A DNA stretch of 64,000 nucleotides from Macrostomum lignano (GCA_002269645.1 NIVC01000024.1:62001-126000), one strand, 5' to 3'; positions 50,445 to 62,087 are shown, numbered from the stretch's first letter. A program made the numbers and translations. Notes: generated from the letters alone by a model not told the origin.

Positions 50445-51190
50445 CTGAGACTCATCCATTCACTCATTCACTCTCACTCACACTCGCTCACTCATTCACT
50501 CGCTCACTCACTCACTCATTCACACTCGCTCACTCATTCACTCATTCACTCACTCATTCATTCACTCGCTCACTCATTCACTCATTAACTCACTCATTCA
50601 CCCATTCATTCATTCACTCACTGCACTCATTCACTCGCTCACTCATTCACTCATTCACTCACTAATTCACCCATTCATTCATTCACTCACTGCACTCACT
50701 CACTCATTTACTCACTCACTCACTCACTCATTCACTCACTCATTCATTCACTCACTCATTCACTCACTCACTCACTCCACTCACTCACTCACTCACTCAT
50801 TCACTCACTCCACTCACTCATTAATTCACTCATTCACTCACTCATTCACTCACTCCACTCGCTCACTCACTCATTCACTCACTTATTCACTCATTCACTT
50901 ACTCATTCACCCGCTCACTCATTCACTCACTCGCTCACTCACTCATTCACTCACTCATTCACTCATTCACTTACTCATTCACTCACTCACTCATTCACTC
51001 ACTCATTCATTCACTCACTCATTCACTCACTCATTCACTCACTCCACTCACTCACTCACTCACTCATTCACTCACTCCACTCACTCATTAATTCACTCAT
51101 TCACTCACTCATTCACTCACTCCACTCGCTCACTCACTCATTCACTCACTCATTCACTCATTCACTCACTCATTCATTCACTCACTCACT
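50445..51190. repeat. Compound (CACT/CATT)n microsatellite
   Basis: Directly visible. Confidence 0.93.
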
Positions 51191-51748
51191 TATCGATTGA
51201 TCACCTGCTGATTTGCTCATTTTATTGATTCAGTCACTGAATCAATCAATCAATCATCTACTCCCACCTTCAACGCTGTTAAGCGACCAAGAAAATGTTA
51301 TGTCTCACCGCGGCAGCCGTAAGAAAATGAGCACAAATCAATATGGCAACGAGAGTTTTTCTGGTAAAAAGGCCGTCAAGTGCTGCAGAGTTGCAGGCTT
51401 AAGGAAAGACTTTAAATGCCACTTAGGATTCACTGACATCGATCAGGTCACTTTACCAACGTGAATATAATGAGGGCAACTTGAGAGAGCCGAGATCTTG
51501 CATCCAATATTCAAGAAGTGTTTAAAGAGTATATATCTTCTTCCTTTCTTGAAGTAGAGATAATATTGTGCCGACGACAAGCTGCCTTGGAAATGAACGA
51601 CTCTGATCGGTGAGAGTTTCAGCTACATGTAGACTCGACTCGTGTGTGTGCTGATGAGGTTCAGATGAACTCGTCTCTTGTAGCCGACTACAGTCTTCAA
51701 AATGTGACAAACAAATGCTGCATGACAATCTTAGTAGGAAGCTCCTTA

Positions 51749-52030
51749 ATTAGCCTAGTTGGTTTGAGCGTCGGACTCACGACTGGAAGGTCGGTGGTTC
51801 GATTCTCGATCCCACTTTGAACAATTAGTGTCCTTTATTGAGCAAGACGAACTTAACTTTGCTTCATTCCGTACACTGGGATGTAAAATGGGTTCCAGCA
51901 ATTGAGGGTGTGCATGGCAACCCCCCCCCGTCCTTGGACTGAACAGCCGTACGCAGCCTTCAGATGCGCCGCGCAATAGCTGCGGCTGAGCTGTCGGTTG
52001 CACATCTGGCCATTGGGCCCTACAGTGCAT
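51749..52030 (+). mobile_element. SINE family A copy
   Basis: TAGCCTAGTTGG...GGACTCACGACTGGAAGGTCGGTGGTTCGATTCTCGA head nearly identical to the 16867 copy. GAGCAAGACGAACTTAAC...TGTAAAATGGG core. Confidence 0.78.
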
Positions 52031-52037
52031 CGAGTTC

Positions 52038-52580
52038 TTGAAGTTTCAGACATTCTCTGTCTCACCTAAACTCCAAATCAGGCCACCGAGCACCGAACTG
52101 CCAGAGCCTGCAGGTGCTCAACAACTTACTCTGAGAAGTCAGCAGCAGGGCGTCACCACCAGCCCGTTTCGCTGCCAGCAGTGCTGCCGCGTATTCAACA
52201 GCCTGGTGGAGCTGAACGCTCACTTCGCTGCCAGCCACGCCAGCGAAGTGCTGCAACGCGAGCTGACTGTCGGCAGCCGGTCGTGGAACTCGGCCGGGAT
52301 GTCCGAGGATCAGCTGGCCAGGGCCGCTGTTCACCTACCGGGCGACGCCTCGGTGCTAGTGGGCTTTCGCTGTCCCGACTGCGGCCATCTGGCCAAGTGG
52401 CCCACCGAGCTGCAGAAGCACGCCATGGCGCACTCGAGCATCCGGCAGCACCAGTGCGCGGTGTGCGGCCGGGCGTACAAGTGGAAGTGGGATTTGGCCA
52501 GGCACTTCCGGCGCTGTCACTGCGGCCTGGATAATCCGTACCAGAGGCTGCGACGGCCCCGGCGGGATGCTGCAGTGTGA
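52038..52580 (+). CDS. C2H2 zinc-finger protein, terminal exon with three fingers (5' end uncertain, possible upstream exon near 51300-51446)
   Basis: FRCQQCCRVFNSLVELNAHFAASH, FRCPDCGHLAKWPTELQKHAMAH and HQCAVCGRAYKWKWDLARHFRRCH, with GC-rich codon usage. Confidence 0.85.
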   Translation: MKFQTFSVSPKLQIRPPSTELPEPAGAQQLTLRSQQQGVTTSPFRCQQCCRVFNSLVELNAHFAASHASEVLQRELTVGSRSWNSAGMSEDQLARAAVHLPGDASVLVGFRCPDCGHLAKWPTELQKHAMAHSSIRQHQCAVCGRAYKWKWDLARHFRRCHCGLDNPYQRLRRPRRDAAV

Positions 52581-52689
52581 AGCTGGCGATGTGCGCGGTG
52601 TGCATATCAGCTGGACTATTAATACTGACACCTAGTGGCACCTGGTAGACGTACTTCAGTCTTTTACATTCTATAACCTTGGTACCTTG

Positions 52690-53175
52690 TACTTTAGTCT
52701 GTCACCTTGTACTTAATTCTGTCACCTTGTACTTAATTCTGTCACCTTGTACTTAATTCTGTCACCTTGTACTTAATTCTGTCACCTTGTACTTAATTCT
52801 GTCACCTTGTACTTAATTCTGTCACCTTGTACTTAAGTCTGTCACCTTGTTCATAATTCTGTCACCTTGTACTTAATTCTGTCACCTTGTACTTAACTCT
52901 GTCACCTTTTACTTAAGTCTGTCACCTTGTTCTTAAGTCTGTCACCTTTTACTTAAGTCTGTCACCTTGTTCATAATTCTGTCACCTTGTACTTAATTCT
53001 GTCACCTTGTACTTAACTCTGTCACCTTTTACTTAAGTCTGTCACCTTGTACTTAAGTCTGTCCCCTTGTTCATAATTCTGTCACCTTGTACTTAATTCT
53101 GTCACCTTGTACTTAATTCTGTCACCTTGTACTTAATTCTGTCACCTTGTACTTAACTCTGTCACCTTGTACTTG
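52690..53175. repeat. 20-bp minisatellite (TCTGTCACCTTGTACTTAAT)
   Basis: Directly visible. Confidence 0.94.
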
Positions 53176-53564
53176 CCCCCCTAATCACCCCCATAGAAAT
53201 TTCAAATTGCAAATTTCTCCAAATGGATGGTGTTGTTACGACTTTTTTCCTCTTTGCTTTTAAAGCTGTCAGAAGTTACACACCAATAAATCCATCAACT
53301 ATCGAGTATGATTGATGCATCTCAAGGCTTCTCTCTGTCTGTCTCTTTCTCGCAAAACATGTTTATTGCGACAAACAATTGACTTGAACACAACAAGGCA
53401 TCAAAACAACTGAAGTACATGAAGGACGCAGCGTTCGCAACTCGTGTTTTGACTTCAACCTGGAGATCCGGTTTTATCTGGAAAATGCATTAGCAAGACA
53501 GGACAAAATGTCACGCTTAAATTCCAAATTTAGCGGGAGACTGCATTGCTACCAGAAAAAACTC

Positions 53565-53895
53565 CCTGTCTAGAGTAAAAATACCTTTCTAGAGGGGGAA
53601 ACTACCTGTCTAGTAGGTAAAACTACCTGTCTAGTAGGTAAAACTACCTGTCTAATAGGTAAAACTACCTGTCTAGTAGGTAAAACTACCTGTCTAGTAG
53701 GTAAAACTACCTGTCTAGTAGGTAAAACTACCTGTCTAGTAGGTAAAACTACCTGTCTAGAGGGGGAAACTACCTGTCTAGAGGCGGAAACTACCTGTCT
53801 AGTAGGTAAAACTATACTTGTCTAGAGGGTAAAACTACCTGTCTAATAGGTAAAACTACCTGTCTAGTAGGTAAAACTACCTGTCTAGAGGGGGA
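53565..53895. repeat. 21-bp minisatellite (TAAAACTACCTGTCTAGTAGG)
   Basis: Directly visible. Confidence 0.9.
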
Positions 53896-54598
53896 AACCT
53901 TTCTTCCTGAGAGGGTAAGCAAACAGGTTTAAACTCTAAGGGGGGTTTACCCCGGGTAAAACCTACTTAATTTACGCGATAATGTACGAGTAAATACTGG
54001 CATGGCTTTTTTCCAGGCAGTCGCTACCTGATCCAGGGAAAAATCCCTTTCTGCCTCTCCGGTGTCGAGAGTGCGAAGACACTTCATCTGTGACTCAGGA
54101 CAGGCTCAGCTAACTCGGCCCAAACCTCTCCGACGTTTTCAGGCCCGAGAATCTCTACCCGCTCGTCCACTACCTAAGGGCCACCGCAGGCGAGCGACCC
54201 TCCGGGGGGACCCCACGCTGCACCTCCAGATCTCCCTGAGCGACACCGAAGCACCAGCTGTCCATTGTCGCCAGGAGTCAGCAGAATGGCCTCCCCGCTG
54301 CATCCGGATGCCCGGAGACTCCTGAGTCAATCAAGTAAGACATGTACAAAGAGTCATCAATGCTTAAGGTTGTTAATACGAGATGCCATTTAGCAAACTT
54401 TAATAGAAAGGAGCCTACAGTCGCTAACCGCTGTTACATCTTCAACTGTCTTCAATAATATAATTCGAAGCTGACAGTTAATCTTTGAAATACAGGTAGA
54501 ATTTCATGTCGAATTTCATAACAGTTGCGCCAGAATCGCATCGATCAGTTCGGATGCACAAAACCGCGTGTTGCTTTCCCACGCAATAAACTGCATGG

Positions 54599-55522
54599 CT
54601 AAGCCGCGTACACAACAAAGTAGTCAGCAGAGCGCCTGTTTCCTTCGAATCTAGCAAATCTCTGGTTGTAGAAGATGGCGGGAGGTTTCGCAGTGAAGGC
54701 CCAGGGGCAGACGTCGCTGATGTCTACGACAGCCAGCAGACCGACGTCCCGGTTGCAGCCTCCGTCGCCGGTGAGGATGTAGAAGTTTCTGCTGATACTT
54801 TTACTAGGCCATTGAAATCCTTGAATGCTGAAGTGAATGAATGTCCTGGCCTTGAGATTGAGCTCCGGCTCGCTGCTCACCACCGCAGCCTGGCTGAACC
54901 AGCGGTTGCCGAAGCTGGCGTCGAACACAATCCTGAGCAGCGCGGCTCCGGACGAGGCCAGCAGCTCAACAATCAGCTGCCGGCGCGGCATCAGGTCGAC
55001 GAGCTCCGCCAGCTGCTCCAGCCGGTCGATCCAGCACGATCGGTAGCTGCCGACCTGCGGCGCGGCGCCCGGCCACAGCGCCAGGAAGCCCCCGGCGCCG
55101 CAGTCAGCCGAGCCAGTCGAGCTGTACAAAGACCTCGCAGACACTCCCGAGCCGGCCTTGATGGAGAACAGAGCGAGTCTGGGCTGTCCGAGTCGCGAGC
55201 TGGCGAAGAATTTCACCTGCCGAACTAATCTGGACGTCGAGTAGTTGGCGAAGAGGGGCTGGCCGAGCCGCTTGCAGGTGCGCGAGACGGCGTCGAACAT
55301 GGCGACCGGCGCCAGCGACGGCTCTCGAGGCGAGCCGGTCAGCACCGCGGCCGCGCAGACGATGCGGCTGCTGTGGACTCCGCTGGCTGTGAGCAGCTGC
55401 TCAGACTTGGCGAACGTCACAGCCACCCCTGTTGGCAAGATTTGGTTGCTGAGCAGCTGCTCAGTTGCCGCGTTTGACCCGGCAACCAGGGACACCAGAA
55501 CTGCCAGCAGACCGAATTTCAT
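54599..55522 (-). CDS. Intronless secreted protein, 307 aa: signal peptide, degenerate PAN/Apple-like region, and a C-terminal domain with a GGCxxDxG..V.D...C.W motif
   Basis: Signal peptide MKFGLLAVLVSLVAGSNAA. SRIVCAAA...FDAVSRTC resembles PAN/Apple. The C-terminal WF...FSI.G...RNFYI..GGCNRDVGLLAVVD...CPW pattern is one I associate with uncharacterised lophotrochozoan secreted proteins (recall, unverified). Confidence 0.75.
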   Translation of the reverse strand: MKFGLLAVLVSLVAGSNAATEQLLSNQILPTGVAVTFAKSEQLLTASGVHSSRIVCAAAVLTGSPREPSLAPVAMFDAVSRTCKRLGQPLFANYSTSRLVRQVKFFASSRLGQPRLALFSIKAGSGVSARSLYSSTGSADCGAGGFLALWPGAAPQVGSYRSCWIDRLEQLAELVDLMPRRQLIVELLASSGAALLRIVFDASFGNRWFSQAAVVSSEPELNLKARTFIHFSIQGFQWPSKSISRNFYILTGDGGCNRDVGLLAVVDISDVCPWAFTAKPPAIFYNQRFARFEGNRRSADYFVVYAA

Positions 55523-55864
55523 GCCGGCACTGATGCAGCTGCTTGGGACTGCTGCATGGCTGTCTGCTTTTTCTGCTTTTAAATGGTGGCTTTTGTTGAG
55601 TGTCACCTGACTGACGCGCTGCTGAGTGTCTCCGGTGGAGTTTGGGCCTCTCAAGTTGCAATTTTTAGCCCATGATGCATAAAAGACTGGCAGATGTTCG
55701 ATGCAGTGCCTGAAGTGACGTTTCTGGTACGATCTCATTCTAAGGCCCCCGTTGTCTGCTGTCAGACCCAACGTCATCTGTCGTCTTCGCCCGGAGGACA
55801 GTGAGGCTCAGCCTTTCAAGACGCACAAATACGCCCTGCCGGAGGCTGTCATCCTCGAGACTGC

Positions 55865-56106
55865 ATGGACAGAATGACTGTGGACAGAATGACTGTGGAC
55901 AGAATGACTGTGGACAGAATGACTGTGGACAGAATGACTGTGGACAGAATGACTGTGGACAGAATGACTGTGGACAGAATGACTGTGGACAGAATGACTG
56001 TGGACAGAATGACTGTGGACAGAATGACTGTGGACAGAATGACTGTGGACAGAATGACTGTGGACAGAATGACTGTGGACAGAATGACTGTGGACAGAAT
56101 GACTGT
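55865..56106. repeat. 15-bp minisatellite (TGGACAGAATGACTG), 16 copies
   Basis: Directly visible. Confidence 0.95.
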
Positions 56107-56237
56107 CGACTTAAAAGATGCGGGAGTTCCCACGGAAGTTGCGGCAGCTCAGAGTTGCCAGTTTTATGGCTGTGGACCTGGCGGAGTGGAGCTGGCGGCT
56201 TCTCAGGCGACAAATGTACAACAGAAACTCCAGAGAC

Positions 56238-56950
56238 CCATTGGGACACCCATTAAGACACCCACTGAGACACCCACTGAGACACCCATTAGATATACCC
56301 ATTGAGACACCCATTCGGACACCCATTGGGACACCCATTAGGATATCCATCAAGTTATCAATTAAGATACCCATTAAGATACCCATTGAGACACCCATTG
56401 AGACACCCATTGAGACACCCATTAAGATACCCATTAAGTTATCAATTAAGATACCCATTAAGATACCCATTGAGACACCCATTGAGACACCCATTCGGAC
56501 ACCCATTGGGACACCCATTGAGACACCCATTAGGATACCCATTAATTTATCAATTAAGATACCCATTAAGATACCCATTAAGTTATCAATTAAGATACCC
56601 ATTAAGACACCCATTAAGATACCCATTGAGACACCCATTAAGATACCCATTAAGACACCCATTAAGATACCCATTAAGACACCCATTAAGATACCCATTA
56701 AGATACCCATTGAGACACCCATTAAGACACCCATTGAGAAACCCATTAAGACACCCATTGAGACACCCATTAAGATACCCATTAAGACACCCATTAAGAT
56801 ACCCATTAAGATACCCATTGAGACACCCATTAAGACACCCATTGAGAAACCCATTAAGACACCCATTGAGACACCCATTAAGATACCCATTAAGTTATCA
56901 ATTAAGATACCCATTAAGACACCCATAAAGACATTCATTAAGACACTTAT
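56238..56950. repeat. 12-bp minisatellite (ACACCCATTGAG / ATACCCATTAAG)
   Basis: Directly visible. Confidence 0.95.
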
Positions 56951-57301
56951 TAAGACAATCAGACAGTTTGTGAGGAAGGCTCTTTAACAACAGCTTGCCC
57001 GGTGTATGTTAATTTTCAAGCAGCTTGCCTAAGGGTAACCACAAGGACTACTTAAGTAGTTACTTTAGTCGTCCTTGGATAACCAGCAGCAGCAAATCAT
57101 AGGAGAAATCTTTATTGGCGCCATAAAACTCTCTCGAGCAGCTGTTGCTTTGCTCTGCAGAGCTCTACAAATTTAGCTCGATCGGCTCAAACGCTTAAAC
57201 ATAGAGGGGCACATTGCTAGAGTCATTGGTTCCCAGAAACTTCAATAAAGCACACTTTCACACATTGAACTCTACTGGTTGGCCTAGTAACCAACCAAGT
57301 G

Positions 57302-57487
57302 ATGCTGATGAGAAGACTGCAGCTCTGCATCTTTGCCGCTCTGCTAGTTTTGATCTGCGTTGAGCTGCAGGCTGCCGCGGCCGACTGCAGCTGCTCTGGC
57401 AATCGGTGCGTCGGAACTCCAGCTGAGCAGTGCTCAAGAGGTGATCTTTATTGCTTTGGTTGGAATCAGGGCACCTGCTACGAGTAA
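57302..57487 (+). CDS. Small secreted six-cysteine peptide (defensin/toxin-like), 61 aa
   Basis: ATG at 57302. Basic-hydrophobic signal peptide MLMRRLQLCIFAALLVLICVELQAAAA. Mature DCSCSGNRCVGTPAEQCSRGDLYCFGWNQGTCYE. GC-rich island within AT-rich flanks. Confidence 0.7.
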   Translation: MLMRRLQLCIFAALLVLICVELQAAAADCSCSGNRCVGTPAEQCSRGDLYCFGWNQGTCYE

Positions 57488-58617
57488 TACGCTCTAAACC
57501 TTACTGACTTTGTGGACTTAAATAAGTTCCATTTCCATTTTAACGCATATTTTAATGCATGTATTTTCCATGTTTTTCATTTAATCTCATACTTTTCAGG
57601 TGTTATTATGGCATCTACAAATCATTGATTTTTGTTACTGTCTCTGTGTAGCTACTTTACAGTAGTATTTTGTGTACCGCCTTATTAGTATTGCTTGGCT
57701 ATGGTATGAAGTTTTCAGTTTTAGTTTTAAGTTTAAGTTTAAGCTATGCAGGCCACAAACTTACACTTTAATATTTAATCAGCACTTTAGAATATCAAAT
57801 TGCTTAGTGTAGAACGCTCTGAATCTCATTTTGAATGAGTTTTAGCATTATTTTTCGAATAAACAAAAAACTATGCGTAGGAATGTTGCGACTAACGCCT
57901 TCGACGAAATTCTGCCCATTACGCTGACTCCTAAGCAACATGAGCTGGAGCGCCGCCCCTGAGCCGTCAGATGCTGCTGGGCCACTGCCTCCGGACCCTG
58001 GGCCGCGTTGTTCCGTCCTTCTGACTTTGGCCCTGCTGTACCGACCACTTATAACCTGAAAGCTCTCAGACAGCGATCGAATATCACAGATTCCACTGGG
58101 CTGCGGCCTCCCTAGACAACTTGAGCTTTGCCCGTGATGAAGGCTTGATCAGCAAACTTGGACACAGCAGCCGCAACACAGGGTGTCAATAGTAATCTGA
58201 TTCCAAATCTTTGTCAAAGTGCTGATGAAGTTTAGAGGCTTGGCAAGGCCGCACTGAGGCACAGTGCTGACAGGGGGTGAACTCAATACACTGGCACTTA
58301 TGGGAAAATCCGACCTGGCAGAAGCGTTCAATATCTTGACGGTCGGGAGGGCTGACGACTTAATTATTGTTTGAAAAGGTGCGCAACAAAAAGTCAAGTC
58401 ACAAGTCATCGCCTGAGCAATTGCAATACTCGAGCATCACACAGTTAGTGCAGTTAGTGAGAGAATCTCACAGAAGAAAATCTCACATGAAGTTTCATAT
58501 AAAAGAAACTTGACAATTAGCTTTGTTAATTTTAATCTACAGATCGAGATATTTTAATCTACAGGCGAACTATTTGGGCTGCATACGAGTCTTCATAATA
58601 CATTGTATTCGATTTTT

Positions 58618-58808
58618 GGCGTTACTGCCCATTCCGCCGACTCCCCTGAGCAGGCACACAAGCGCGCGGATCCGTACGCAGTCATACGCACAGACACACA
58701 CGATCACACAGGAGTGCACAGCAGCCCTAACTTTATCGAGTGCACTTGGAATCGAGCCTGGGCCGCTGGCACATCAGAGCGCCGCGCTGGTCCACTAGGC
58801 TACACGCC
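58618..58808 (-). mobile_element. SINE family B copy
   Basis: Reverse complement has A-box GTAGCCTAGTGG and B-box-like GGCTCGATTCC. Body is shared with 21531-21712. Confidence 0.72.
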
Positions 58809-59671
58809 CACTACGGCCTCTCTGCAAACTGACAAACTACAGGTTGAGTCCCACTAACCGTAAGCTTCTGTTATGTTAAAGCATTTTAAACCCAAACTGG
58901 GTTACAGAGGTTGTAATGAGTATATTTGAGCACATTTAACGACGATTGTTATGAATTACGTGTACGAAATTTTTAAACGCGTGTGAAAACTTTTAACCGT
59001 TTTGACAAATGAAAAGTTGGAAAGTATATGGAAAGTACTCAGGCATACTTAGCAAAACAGCTTTCTACTTTCAGTTCAGTAGCAAAGAAGAATACATAAG
59101 CTATTTTATAAAAAAAAAGGCTGCTGAAATGACTTTGATAAGTTTATTTAAAGCCAAGCTTGCAGGCGTAAACAACTTGCTAATTGGTTCAGCCAGAATG
59201 TACATTGGCCAGTCCACTAAAATGTACATGGCAGCTTTAGGCTGGAATTCCGAGAAAGGCAATAAAATTGGGGCGGGACGGGGGATAGTGGGGAAAAGGC
59301 GCGGTTGGAGGGTTCAAGCTGTGGGGGGTGCAAGAGCCAATAAATGAGCATTGGCTTTAAAAATACATTAAAATGCTTCTGTTTTAACTACTACTGAACT
59401 GAAAGTAGTTTACACGCAAATGTGCTGAGTGGCCCAGCTAAATATTCTAGTAATCTATAGACTATATGTGAAATTAAAAATGTTTATATAGAAAAAATAA
59501 TGAAACAAAAGTTAAAAGCAGAAAAACCCGTAATGGAAATCACTTGAGCTGCAAAAGCAAGTCAAATATTTGATGGCTAAATGCCTCGAACTGTAAGTTA
59601 TTTAGCAGCTTGGATTTATCAGTAGGCAAATGCAGCCATGTCTGTTTTTAAAACTTAATTACACAGTCAAT

Positions 59672-61792
59672 TTAAATATTTTGGAACCGTCGCTCGCAAT
59701 TGACCTTGAAATAGCCAGTCTGGCCGTCGCGCTCCATGCTGCACAGCTGCAGACAGTCGAAGCTTTGCCAGCCAACCTCACTGTCGTTGTCCTTCAGCAG
59801 GGCGGCAGTCAGCCGGCACTGACGCCGCTGCCGCCCCCAGGGCAGTCGGCTGGCCTTGGCCAGAGTCAGGTGCGGCTTCCATCCTCCAGGCCCGTCTCTA
59901 CTCGCATCAGCGCTCAGTCCAGCCGCGCTGAACTCCGCCAGCAGGCGGTCTCTCACGCCGCGCAGGTCATTCAGTGCGGCATTCTCGGCCAGCCGCACAA
60001 ACAGCACTTGACGATTGAAAGCTCCGATGCCTGATAATTTCAATAGCCGACTGTCTAAACTTTCTTCAGTAACTAACTGGCTGTCGAGTCGGATTGAATC
60101 TACAGACTCCATGATTTGCCGAGCCCTGCTTGCAAAATGGGATAGATGTGACAATGTTCCATGAACCCGTATGCATAGCGAGCAAGAGAGAAAAAGGGGT
60201 GGCGCCCCAGCCCCCCCCCCCCAGCCCGGCCGATAAACAGTTCGGCTTTCCTTTCGACCGTTTGTCTCTGCTTGTCTTTCCTTACGAGTACCACTCTCTC
60301 ATTGGCTGAGCTAGATTGGGCCTGCCCCCTAGGCTGAGTTTCGTCCTTCTGATTCTGACCTCTTTCCTTACTGCTCTCTCATTGGCTGAGCTAGATTGGG
60401 CCTGCCCCATAGGCTGAGTTTCGTCTGTCTGATTCTGACCTCTTTCCTTACTGCTCTCTCATTGGCTGAGCTAAATTGGGCCTGCCCCCTCCCCTCCTAG
60501 ATTGAGTTTCGTCCGTCTTGGGTTCACTTCTGTACATCGATTTAAATGCATTTAACTCCATTAAGCTCCTGAGGCCTCAAACTCCGACCCGAAAGAAAGA
60601 AAATTTTAGCTGCCAAATTAAATTTTAGTCTCACTGCGCAGAAAAACTACTGAAAAAGAGTAGACGCTCTACTTTTAACTTTAAGTGCTGACTATTGCAG
60701 TCCAAACCACAACTGAAGCATGCAAAAACGCTTTGTTTGTTCAGTAACAAGTTTTAATTTTCAATTACAATCGACTGTTTGAAATAAACTTGAGCAAACT
60801 AAAATCGACTAACATCTTGGTCAAGGATTAAAAAACTAGAAATTTATCTTTCTGTATTGAGATTTTGAAATCTGCTAGTATTTAAAGAACAGCTTTGTTA
60901 AAAACGTGAAGTGAGATTAAAATATTAACTCACTTAGCTAGCCCTTCTTTGCTGTCTAAACAGCAGACGAATAGAGTTATGTGCAGCTCCTCAACAGGTA
61001 AGAGTGCTACCGCACTCACCTGACCAGAGTGCCTCAGCTTTTGCTGCAAACTGCCTAGCCAAGACTTTGTCTGCAATTAGCATGGTTGGATTATGTATTG
61101 TTAGGAGCGTACCTATGGCTTTGGGTTGGGGATTATCTGCGTTCGGGATATGGATTTTCTATGGGTTTAGGATGGGGATTATCTATGGGTTTAGGATGGG
61201 GATTATCTATGGGTTTGGGATGGAGATTATCTATGGTTTTGGGATGGGGATTATCTATGGCTTTGGTTGGGGATTATCTATGGGTTTGGGATGGGGATTA
61301 TCTATGGGTTTGGGATTGGGATTATCTATGGCTTTGGGTTGGGGATTATCTATGGGTTTGGGATGGGGATTATCTATGGGTTTGGGATAGGAATTATTGG
61401 TGGGTTTGGGGTTGGGATTATTTATGGGTTTGGGATGGAAATTATCTATGGGTTTGGGATGGGAATTATTGGTGGGTTCGGGATGGGGATTATCTATGGG
61501 TTCGGGATAGGGATTATCTATAGGTTTGGGATGGGGATTATTTATGGGTTTGGGATGGGGATTGTCTATGGCTTTGGGATGGGGATTATCTATGGGTACG
61601 GGGTGGATATTCAGCATAATTTCACAATCAGCCGATTCAACAGGAATATTTATGCCTGCCATGTACACAAACCTCTGGATTGCTAATCTGCACAGCGATG
61701 AAGTGAGTAGGAGATGACTCAGAGCTCCTGTTTTGCGAGTTAGCGGCTTTCACCGATGCCTTTTCTGAGGCAACGTCTGCAGCGACAGATGC
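59672..61792 (-). CDS. AKAP7-like 2H phosphoesterase (2'-5' RNA ligase-like) module 1
   Basis: Exons 61792-61673 (PTHFIAVQISNPE), 61070-60934 (first HxT: EELHITLFV) and 60125-59672 (GIGAFNRQVLF, second HxT: WKPHLTLAK, LQLCSM...GYF). GT-AG, phases 0 and 2. No ATG in the first exon. Confidence 0.85.
60295..60490. repeat. 80-bp repeat, about 2.5 copies, in a 2H-module intron
   Basis: CTCTCTCATTGGCTGAGCTAGATTGGGCCTGCCCC recurs with ATTGG at 60301, 60381 and 60461. Confidence 0.88.
61150..61600. repeat. 24-bp G-rich minisatellite (GGATTATCTATGGGTTTGGGATGG) filling a 2H-module intron
   Basis: Directly visible. Confidence 0.93.
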
Positions 61793-62087
61793 CTGGAAAT
61801 ATTAGAGCTTCATCCAATATTTTTGCTGATATTGATAAATTGTAAAAAACCGATTCATGGACACTATGAGGGCCAACCCCCTCCAACTGTAACCCTGGGC
61901 GAGTAAAGTGCAGAACCCTTTTAATAACAAAGTCTAATTTAAAAGTAACAAAATGCTCTATTTAAAACTCGTTTACAAAATCTTTAAGCTTAATATATAC
62001 ACAATAAACATATGCATTTATATTTATATCTCAAAATGTGCAAATAAGAACACAAAACAATTGATTTACAGTAAAAATCAGGAGTCC

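Noticed and set aside
51522-51728. Minus-strand CSIC...F...L zinc-finger-like peptide
   Set aside because: Histidines are not at C2H2 positions, there is no ATG start, and it is antisense to the zinc-finger gene region.
54062-54330. GC-rich 87-aa ORF
   Set aside because: No ATG, no motif, and no frame-consistent splice partners found.
55740-56987. QNDCG, PIET and RYPL repeat ORFs resembling structural proteins
   Set aside because: Products of 15- and 12-bp arrays open in many frames on both strands.
61150-61600. Interstitial telomere
   Set aside because: The unit is a 24-mer with GGGTTTGGG, not tandem TTAGGG.
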